A stretch of DNA of 32,000 nucleotides from a bacterium (GTDB taxonomy: Bacteria; UBP7; UBA6624; JBBIMK01): contig JBBIMK010000007.1 of the NCBI GenBank assembly GCA_037444445.1, forward strand, positions 47,647 to 79,646, read 5' to 3'. This document shows positions 24,608-31,380 of the stretch, piece after piece (within the stretch, counting starts at the first letter, position 1; each line of letters opens with the position of its first letter). Below the pieces are notes generated by a model. That model saw nothing but the letters and a program-made list of their open reading frames with translations, made no database searches and had not been told where the DNA came from. The position numbers and the translations under genes were made by a program.

Positions 24608-25528
24608 CTATGAATGACAAACCATGCATGTCTGTTCTGGTTCGTCATGCAGATAGTAAATCATCGGTTCCGCCCCGCTGGCGAGATTCAGGCGCACTGC
24701 TTTGTGGCGTTTGAGCAGTTTGGAGACGAGACTGTCGTTGTCATTGAGGTCGCCGAAGTGCATAGCCTGACCGGTGCAGGTTGTAACGCAGGCGGGGAGT
24801 TCACCGGCATCAATGCGTTGGGTGCAGAAGTGACACTTACGCGTGGTGCCTTTTGTATCTTTGCGAGTCCATCCAATTCCGTATTCCCTGAACGACCGTT
24901 TCTCGTATGGCTGGAGAGCGGGCGTGCCGTCGGTGTAGTTTTTTCCCTCATCGTACCACAGCGAGTACGGGTACGGGCACGCTTTGCTGGCAGCTTCAAA
25001 GACTTTCTTCCCCTTCATCTTCTTGTAGTGGATCACGACGATGCCATCCGGTCGCCGGGACATGGAACCGGGGATAACACGGTTAGCCGCTTCAATACAC
25101 GGAGCGTTCTTACATTGCATGCAATTGGTCGGCATGAAGAAGCGGCGAAGTTCCGGGTAAGAACCATCCTCTACTTCCGCAACGGTACGATACCTGACGC
25201 CGGGAGGCAGATTATTCTCCGCTATGCAGGCGACAGCACACGCATTGCAACCGATACACTTGCGAATGTCAATTACCATCGCCCACTTCCGCTGCTTCAT
25301 CGGCTTTTCCAACGCACGCTGAAGGTCATTGTGCATCGTGAGCATGTCGTTGCCCGGAGTACCGGTGACCGTTTTAGCCAAAAGGGTTCCCACTTCTTTT
25401 ACTCCGGGAAGAAACGCTGTTGCAGCAACTGCGCCTGCTGCAACACCCGTCGTGCGCTTGAAAAAGGCACGACGCGAGAGCCTCTTCACGCCCCCTGTTG
25501 CGGTGTCCCTTTTTTCACTCATCTTCAT
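24608..25528 (-). CDS. Tat-signal 4x[4Fe-4S] ferredoxin-type electron-transfer subunit (TtrB/PsrB/DmsB family)
   Basis: Tat motif SRRAFFK. Cys clusters: CIGCNACAVAC, CMQCKNAPC, a CPYP segment, and CHFCTQRIDAGELPACVTTC. The first 15 codons are identical to those of the decahaem gene (repeat). Confidence 0.9.
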   Translation of the reverse strand: MKMSEKRDTATGGVKRLSRRAFFKRTTGVAAGAVAATAFLPGVKEVGTLLAKTVTGTPGNDMLTMHNDLQRALEKPMKQRKWAMVIDIRKCIGCNACAVACIAENNLPPGVRYRTVAEVEDGSYPELRRFFMPTNCMQCKNAPCIEAANRVIPGSMSRRPDGIVVIHYKKMKGKKVFEAASKACPYPYSLWYDEGKNYTDGTPALQPYEKRSFREYGIGWTRKDTKGTTRKCHFCTQRIDAGELPACVTTCTGQAMHFGDLNDNDSLVSKLLKRHKAVRLNLASGAEPMIYYLHDEPEQTCMVCHS

Positions 25529-25674
25529 CCCTCCAGCGCCCTTCCATCATCCATTCTGATACTCTGAAAGCACTGAGACAATGACTTCTATCAGAAATTT
25601 TCCTGACTTTCTGCAAAGGGGAAATGAATATGGATGAACCCTGTATGAAAAAAGAATCACTTTACACATTGTAT
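25484..25674. repeat. Direct repeat copy B (183 bp perfect, 191 bp with 1 mismatch)
   Basis: Identical to 20068-20250 (see copy A). Confidence 0.95.
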
Positions 25675-25696
25675 TCAATTAGAAAAATGATTGATA

Positions 25697-26233
25697 TCAG
25701 GATAAATCCAGGCGGAGAAGAGGGAAGGAGCCATCATCCCGAACGATATGAAAACCATTTTTCAAATAAAAACCCAGGGGTCCGGAGGGATTATTGGCGG
25801 ACTTTTTACGGGCGAAAGTTTCAATAGCCTTCCATCCTTTCTTCCGAGCCATAGTAATGACTTCTTTCAGCATCGCTTTCCCGGTGCCCCGACGACGGAA
25901 ATCCGGGTCGGGGATATACAGACAGCAAAGGAATAGAGCATCCGGATCCACCGGGCCGGCGGCATAACTCCAGATCTGGGGTGCAAACGAAGGGGGGCAG
26001 AATTGGGCAAACCCTACCGCCTGCCCTTCCTCATAAGCCAGCACACCACAGGAGTCTATTTCTTCAATCAGCCGGGTCAGGATTTCCTTCTTCCTCTCCA
26101 TCGCTTTCGGGTCGCCACAGGTGGGGTCAAAATTCTGCGGGTCCTCCCAGTACAGGCAATACGGACAACGCCCCGGAATCTCACCCATCCGCTCCCCCGT
26201 CAGAGGAAGTATCTTCACTTCTTTCTCTGCCAT
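25697..26233 (-). CDS. GNAT-family N-acetyltransferase
   Basis: Acetyl-CoA binding motif RRRGTGKAMLKEVITMARKKGWK (R/Q-x-x-G-x-G/A) and the C-terminal FYLKNGF. Confidence 0.82.
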   Translation of the reverse strand: MAEKEVKILPLTGERMGEIPGRCPYCLYWEDPQNFDPTCGDPKAMERKKEILTRLIEEIDSCGVLAYEEGQAVGFAQFCPPSFAPQIWSYAAGPVDPDALFLCCLYIPDPDFRRRGTGKAMLKEVITMARKKGWKAIETFARKKSANNPSGPLGFYLKNGFHIVRDDGSFPLLRLDLS

Positions 26234-26598
26234 TCCACTTCTATTATACCTGAATTGAGATGAACAAAATAAGTGAGCCGGAGAATGCCCAATTTTGCTT
26301 CTCCATAACCTGAATAGAATAAGTTACCTGGCAGGAGGAGAGGAGGGGAGGGAAGTCGGTTTGAGGTCTGTAGCACTCGTGCCCTTTCGTATGTGGAATT
26401 TGCTTGTAGAGGCAGGCACGAAGTGTATAGTTATCACTCCCATAACCAGCATCATATTACCATATACTAAAGATAAGTCAAGCGAGGGGACTTTTGGAGT
26501 CAATAGATACTGACCCGGTGATATAGAACATCACTTTTGGTGAAAAATAAGGGGGAAGAGATGAAGTGGATTAAGTATGAAACAGATAATAACGAGGG

Positions 26599-27738
26599 TC
26601 AGGCGAGGATATTTCGGGCGATGACCATCCGCTGAATCTCGGAGGTGCCCTCGTAGATTTCCGTTACTTTGGCATCCCGGAAATATCTCTCCAGGGGATA
26701 CTCCTTAGAGTAGCCGATTCCGCCGTGAATCTGGATGGCTTTCGTGGTAACCCACATAGCGGTCTCGGAGGCAACCAGTTTCGCCATGGCACTCTCCGTG
26801 GTAAATCGCTCCCCTTTATCTTTCTTCACCGCTGCTTGATAAGTGAGGAGCCTGGCGGCTTCTATCCGGGTGTGCATTTCCACCAGCATCCACTGAATGG
26901 CTTGAAACTCTGCAATTTTTTTTCCGAAGGCTTCCCGCTGTTTGGCGTAATCTATGCTGGCTTCGTAGGCGGCTTCGGCGATACCGAGGGCTTGAGCGGC
27001 GATGCCAATCCGCCCCGCATCCAGGATGGTCATAGCGATTTTAAAGCCTTCTCCTTCTTCGCCGAGGCGGTTCTCCACGGGCAGGCGATAGTTGTCGTAA
27101 TGCATTTCACAGGTATGGGAGGCACGAATGCCCAGTTTCGGCTCAATTTTACCGATTTCCACACCGGGGAGAGATTTATCCACGATGAAGGCAGAAACGC
27201 CCCGATGCCCTTTAGAGGGGTCTGTCATAGCGAAGAGAATCACATAATCCGCCTCCGCACCCGTGGTCACCCAGGATTTTGTGCCGTGAATGACATACAC
27301 ATCTCCATCCCGCACAGCGGTCGTTTGCATGCTGGCCGGGTCAGAACCCGATGAGGGTTCTGTAAGAGAATATGCCCCCAATTTCTCACCCCGTGCTATC
27401 GGCACCAGATATTTCTGCTTCTGCTCTTCCATCCCGAATTTTAGTAACCCATAACAAACGAGAGAGTTAATGCCAGAAAGAATAGCACCATGGGAGGCGC
27501 AGACTTTAGAGATTTCCTCCACTGCGAGGATATAGGAAACGGTGTCCACCCCGGCGCCTCCATATTCCTTCGGCACCTCCAGCCCCATCAGCCCCAACTT
27601 CCCCATCTTCTTCACCGTCTCGTAAGGAAACTCTCCGGCTTCATCTATTTTTGCGGCAATGGGGGCGATTTCCCGCCTCGCAAAATCCCGCGCCATATCC
27701 CGTATCATTTTTTGAACCCGCGTCAGTTCAAAATCCAT
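26599..27738 (-). CDS. Short-chain (butyryl-CoA-type) acyl-CoA dehydrogenase, copy 1
   Basis: Full-length 379 aa with ACAD hallmarks: GAYSLTEPSSGSD, the WVTTG context, QIHGGIGYSKEYPLERYFRDAKVTEIYEGTSEIQ. Confidence 0.93.
   Translation of the reverse strand: MDFELTRVQKMIRDMARDFARREIAPIAAKIDEAGEFPYETVKKMGKLGLMGLEVPKEYGGAGVDTVSYILAVEEISKVCASHGAILSGINSLVCYGLLKFGMEEQKQKYLVPIARGEKLGAYSLTEPSSGSDPASMQTTAVRDGDVYVIHGTKSWVTTGAEADYVILFAMTDPSKGHRGVSAFIVDKSLPGVEIGKIEPKLGIRASHTCEMHYDNYRLPVENRLGEEGEGFKIAMTILDAGRIGIAAQALGIAEAAYEASIDYAKQREAFGKKIAEFQAIQWMLVEMHTRIEAARLLTYQAAVKKDKGERFTTESAMAKLVASETAMWVTTKAIQIHGGIGYSKEYPLERYFRDAKVTEIYEGTSEIQRMVIARNILA
26868..27000. repeat. Second near-identical block shared (inverted) with acd copy 2
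   Basis: The reverse complement of 26868-27000 matches 31868-32000 with 2 mismatches in 133 nt. The match is truncated by the window end. Confidence 0.9.
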
Positions 27739-27746
27739 TCCTCATC
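27488..27746. repeat. Inverted repeat arm L (acd 5' end + 8 nt upstream)
   Basis: The reverse complement of 27488-27746 matches 31122-31380 with 3 mismatches in 259 nt. Confidence 0.92.
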
Positions 27747-27757
27747 ACCCACTCTCC

Positions 27758-27785
27758 ATCCTACATAAACTTAATCAGGTTGCAA
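27758..27785 (-). promoter_or_regulatory. Candidate sigma70 promoter of acd copy 1
   Basis: Minus strand: TTGCAA (27785-27780), a 16-nt spacer, then TAGGAT (27763-27758), about 20 nt upstream of the ATG. Confidence 0.3.
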
Positions 27786-27806
27786 ATGATGAAAAGAGAT
27801 TCTGAA

Positions 27807-29078
27807 TCAGCGAGCAGAAAAAATGGATAAGAATTTCTTCCACAACCGGCTGAGAGATTGCCAGATGCCTGGGGTCGGAACCGAATAAGCGGCCACAGTG
27901 TCATCGCCACAGGTATACAATACTTTACCGTCTCTGGAAAGAGCCATTTGCTGCCTCGCCACTGCAGGTTCTCTAAAGTGAAGGAGCGGTGCGTCTGAAG
28001 AGGAAAGCCTGTAGATGAAGAGCCGCGGTAAATATGGGTTTTCTCCGGGAATTACCTCAGGAGATTGGGGAACATAGTGCTTCGGAATGCGGTAAGAGAA
28101 ACCGACGATGGATTTCTGGAAGTTCACCTCCACATCCAGCGCTGCCATGGGATGTGGAAAGGCACGATGAAGCACCGTATCCCCTTGGGGGTTGAAGTAG
28201 AAAAATCCGTCCCGCCCCAGCAGAGCAGTATCACCGTTTTCCAGCAGCTTCAATGCATGAACCTGCATTTTTTTTGTCCACAACACTTCGCCAGTTTCAT
28301 CCATCAGAGAAAACAATTCCTGGCGGCCTGCAGGGCTTTTATAAGCCATCGCAAGGTAGCGACCGTTAAACTGAAATTGTCGGACATCCTGCAGAAGTTC
28401 ATCGGGCAATGCATACCGAAGCGCACCCGTGTGGAGGTCAAAAGCCGACCTGAAAAGGAAGAAAGAGTCAGAAGCAATTGCCCATAGAGGGGCCGGATGA
28501 GTGGATACCGGCGAGGATTCTAAAAGTAGATTGCCTTTTTCATCATATATCCGTAACACCCAGGCATATTCAGAATCAGCAGAGGCTTCGCCGGTGAAGG
28601 TTTCTTCTTCTGGTTCTGGCGGCGGCTTCGCCACCAAAAGCCCTACCCTCTTTCCCTCCGGACTCCATTGTGCATTCCAGAAATAGTCCCCCTGTTTTTC
28701 CTCCCATACTTTGATGGCCTTACCCGCAAAGTCGAACAAAATGGCTTGAGAGCTTTCCTCGGTAAAACCATAGACCACAAAATATGGGGTGGCTGGTGAA
28801 ACAGCCCATCCGAAGATTCCCTCCAGGGCTGGCAAAATCTGATTTACAGGCGACCCCTGGCTATTTAAGACTTCCACTCTTGTAGTCTCTCTTAATAGAA
28901 GCACAGAGGATGTCCCGCTCGCCACACATTCCTGTATCTTCTCTTCTACCTCCTTAGTCCAAAGAGGCGGGGGCGCTTCGGTAGATAAAGTCAACAGAGT
29001 GAGGAGAATCATCACGGGAAACCACACCGTTTTCCCACTTATTTCCTTTTCCCTTAAGCAGTGAGAAAAAGATTTCAC
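27807..29078 (-). CDS. Signal-anchored protein with PD40/WD40-like beta-propeller features, unknown function
   Basis: GTG start with a GAAGGAG RBS 6 nt upstream. N-terminal TM segment (WFPVMILLTLLTL). TolB/PD40-like repeats are suggested by AQWSPEGKRVGLLV and ALSRDGKVLYT. Confidence 0.55.
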   Translation of the reverse strand: MKSFSHCLREKEISGKTVWFPVMILLTLLTLSTEAPPPLWTKEVEEKIQECVASGTSSVLLLRETTRVEVLNSQGSPVNQILPALEGIFGWAVSPATPYFVVYGFTEESSQAILFDFAGKAIKVWEEKQGDYFWNAQWSPEGKRVGLLVAKPPPEPEEETFTGEASADSEYAWVLRIYDEKGNLLLESSPVSTHPAPLWAIASDSFFLFRSAFDLHTGALRYALPDELLQDVRQFQFNGRYLAMAYKSPAGRQELFSLMDETGEVLWTKKMQVHALKLLENGDTALLGRDGFFYFNPQGDTVLHRAFPHPMAALDVEVNFQKSIVGFSYRIPKHYVPQSPEVIPGENPYLPRLFIYRLSSSDAPLLHFREPAVARQQMALSRDGKVLYTCGDDTVAAYSVPTPGIWQSLSRLWKKFLSIFSAR

Positions 29079-29140
29079 AGAATGCTCCTTCTCATTTTGT
29101 TTTCTTCCACAACTGTATTTTACCGAAAAAGGAGAAGAGA

Positions 29141-29866
29141 TTAAACCATATATTGCCCCAGGAGGAGGCGAATGGAATTCAGGTGTTCCTGCTGATGCTC
29201 CAGGGCACGACGAAGAACTTTTCGCGGTGTCCAGATTTCTCCGGAATGCACCCGCTCTACTCCAGTCCGGGAATCCGGCAATCCCTGAAACCTGCTGATG
29301 AGGATTTTTTGAGAATAGTGCAGTCGCTCCACAGCATCCGCAGGTTGGGTATTGTAGAGGCTGGAAGATGGAGTTTCATCCAGCCTCGTCACATACCAGA
29401 GTTCTGCTCCAGCAATGTGTTCCAGGGTTTCGCGTAGACACCGTTTCCCCTTTTCCGGGCGCCAGACATACACTTCTTTTGGGATTCCCGCAAGTAGATG
29501 AAAGAGTTCTGCTCTGGCATAGCTATGCCAGCGTAGATACTGTGTGATTTCTACCGAAGAGAGGGGGGTTTTATCGGGGGCGAAGGTGGCGTTGATTTCA
29601 TACCCTCCTTCATTCCTGGTGTAGAAACGCTCCGCCACCACAATTCTGCGAGGCGGAGGAAAGTCTGAAATCTCTTCTCCATATTTTCTCAGGAATGTCA
29701 GATATCGTTCCACATCATCCCGGGCTTTTTCCTGCACATCTAATTCAAACTCTCCTTTCGTGACGCACCCTAATAAAATGAGAGTATGAGCGAGAATCCA
29801 TCGCCCCTCATAACCGAATTCCAGATAGGATTGATATTCTCCTTCCGGCTGTGAGGTCATACGCAT
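29141..29866 (-). CDS. DinB-like (four-helix-bundle, DinB_2-type) domain protein with unknown N-terminal domain
   Basis: The C-terminal half carries spaced His/Glu (LEHIAGAELWY ... RRALEHQQEHLNSI), as in DinB/YfiT-like metal-binding bundles. This is motif-level only. Confidence 0.45.
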   Translation of the reverse strand: MRMTSQPEGEYQSYLEFGYEGRWILAHTLILLGCVTKGEFELDVQEKARDDVERYLTFLRKYGEEISDFPPPRRIVVAERFYTRNEGGYEINATFAPDKTPLSSVEITQYLRWHSYARAELFHLLAGIPKEVYVWRPEKGKRCLRETLEHIAGAELWYVTRLDETPSSSLYNTQPADAVERLHYSQKILISRFQGLPDSRTGVERVHSGEIWTPRKVLRRALEHQQEHLNSIRLLLGQYMV

Positions 29867-29895
29867 TGATTATAGCAGAAGAATAAAAGGGAAGC

Positions 29896-30984
29896 CTAAA
29901 GAAAAAGGGCGAGACGGCGGAGGGCGGATAGTTTTTCCGCTTGCCCAACCCGAGCCCGTGATATGGCTTCTTGCAGATAAGTGAGCGTCGCCCGGTAGGT
30001 GTCCCGGTCCACCGGATAGGGGTAGCCATCTTTCCCACCATGAGCGAAGGAGAAGCGTGCAGGGTCTTGATAAGACACGGGTGAACCGTGGATGATTTCT
30101 GCCACCAGTGCCAGAGCGCGGAGGGTCTTACCTCCTACCCCTGGCATTCCTAACAGCGTCTCAAAGGTCTCGGGCTGTCTTTCATAGGTGCTCAGAAGGA
30201 TGGAGTGCAACCGATGAGGATGTATGTCCTTCAGGAAAACAGAATGTCGCGCTGGCAAGGAAAGCTCTTTACACCGCTGTATTTCCCGGATAATTTTATG
30301 GGGCTTCTCATGGGAAAGCAAAGTAGAAACCTGACGGGCAGAGGTGCTGTCTAAGGCCACGAGGTTGAGAGCGATTCCCCGGGCATCACAGCAGATGGCT
30401 TGATGCGGTTCGCACACAAAATCATTCACCGATTCACCCAGCCAGTGATACCGGCGGGCATAGAGGGTTTGTTCATTCATTCCCTGCTGAATGACGCACC
30501 AGTTCCCCCGGGCATCAAAGAAAAAAGAATGATGGTAGATAGAATAGCCATCCTGCACGGCGGCTGAGTCTACCTTTGCGGCCATCCGGCTGGCATACAC
30601 CAGGGGTTCGGCAGATAGTCCGATTTGTTCACCAATCCTTTCTATCTCCGATGGAGTTTTCCTGGAGACGGCGCCCTTGCCTCCTGCGGCAAACACCTTC
30701 AGTTCACTTCCTGCCTCTTTTAAAGCCTCTTTGAGCGCACCACAGACGGTGGTGGTCACACCAGAAGAATGCCAGTCAAAGCCGAGAACACTCCCGAAGG
30801 CTTGAAACCAGCAGGGGTCCGAGAGCCGGCGAAAAAATTCTGCCGACCCATACTCCACCACAAGAATCCAGGAGATTTCCCGGGCAAGCACAACCATCTT
30901 TTCAAACAGCCATCTCGGCGCTTTCCCGTAATGCAGCGGAAGATTCGCATGACCTGTTTTCATTTTCTGATTCTTTCCATACAA
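29896..30984 (-). CDS. DUF763-like conserved protein of unknown function
   Basis: The N-terminal block ANLPLHYGKAPRWLFEKMVVLAREI...VEYG..EFFRRLSDPCWFQAFGSVLGFDWHSSGVTTTVCGALK matches my recollection of the DUF763 family. The formal start is TTG at 30984; the ATG at 30963 (MKTGHANLPLHYG) is more likely. Confidence 0.7.
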   Translation of the reverse strand: MYGKNQKMKTGHANLPLHYGKAPRWLFEKMVVLAREISWILVVEYGSAEFFRRLSDPCWFQAFGSVLGFDWHSSGVTTTVCGALKEALKEAGSELKVFAAGGKGAVSRKTPSEIERIGEQIGLSAEPLVYASRMAAKVDSAAVQDGYSIYHHSFFFDARGNWCVIQQGMNEQTLYARRYHWLGESVNDFVCEPHQAICCDARGIALNLVALDSTSARQVSTLLSHEKPHKIIREIQRCKELSLPARHSVFLKDIHPHRLHSILLSTYERQPETFETLLGMPGVGGKTLRALALVAEIIHGSPVSYQDPARFSFAHGGKDGYPYPVDRDTYRATLTYLQEAISRARVGQAEKLSALRRLALFL

Positions 30985-31121
30985 TTATTTTATTCGGAAA
31001 GGAAAATCCTTACAACCAGGGGGCGAGATGAATCGTCGTTTGATGTGAAAGAGAGGTATTCGGGTTCCCCGTTTTTTCTTCTTGAAAACTTTAAAATTTT
31101 TTCGTAGGATTTTTTGAAGGC

Positions 31122-31380
31122 GATGAGGAATGGATTTTGAACTGACGCGGGTTCAAAAAATGATACGGGATATGGCGCGGGATTTTGCGAGGCGGGAAAT
31201 CGCCCCCATTGCCGCAAAAATAGATGAAGCCGGAGAGTTTCCTTACGAGACGGTGAAGAAGATGGGGAAGTTGGGGCTGATGGGGCTGGAGGCGCCGAAG
31301 GAATATGGAGGCGCCGGGGTGGACACCATTTCCTATATCCTCGCAGTGGAGGAAATTTCTAAAGTCTGCGCCTCCCATGG
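31122..31380. repeat. Inverted repeat arm R (acd copy 2 5' end + 8 nt upstream)
   Basis: See arm L: 3 mismatches in 259 nt. Confidence 0.92.

Noticed and set aside
24597-24629. Upstream extension of the Mo-subunit ORF (MHGLSFIGGRI...).
   Set aside because: It would overlap the Fe-S gene end. AGGAGG is positioned 7 nt before the ATG at 24596, which yields a normal Tat signal peptide.
24614-25567. 317-aa plus-strand ORF covering the whole Fe-S subunit gene.
   Set aside because: It is antisense to a gene with clear 4x[4Fe-4S] Cys motifs and a Tat signal. It has no motifs of its own and looks like a typical shadow ORF of GC-richer coding DNA. The same applies to 21490..21783, 21834..22232, 22999..23403 and 23748..24233, which are antisense to the Mo subunit.
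20068-25674. Direct repeats as ends of an IS/transposon, or as a CRISPR-like array.
   Set aside because: Between the repeats there is no transposase, integrase, terminal inverted repeat or target-site duplication pattern. There are only two copies 5.4 kb apart, and they coincide exactly with gene starts. Promoter/5'-end duplication is the better explanation.
26725-27354. 209-aa ORF and 27490..27768 / 31091..31378 / 31706..31996 ORFs that recur at both acd loci.
   Set aside because: They are antisense shadows of the two acyl-CoA dehydrogenase genes. They recur only because the underlying acd sequence is duplicated.
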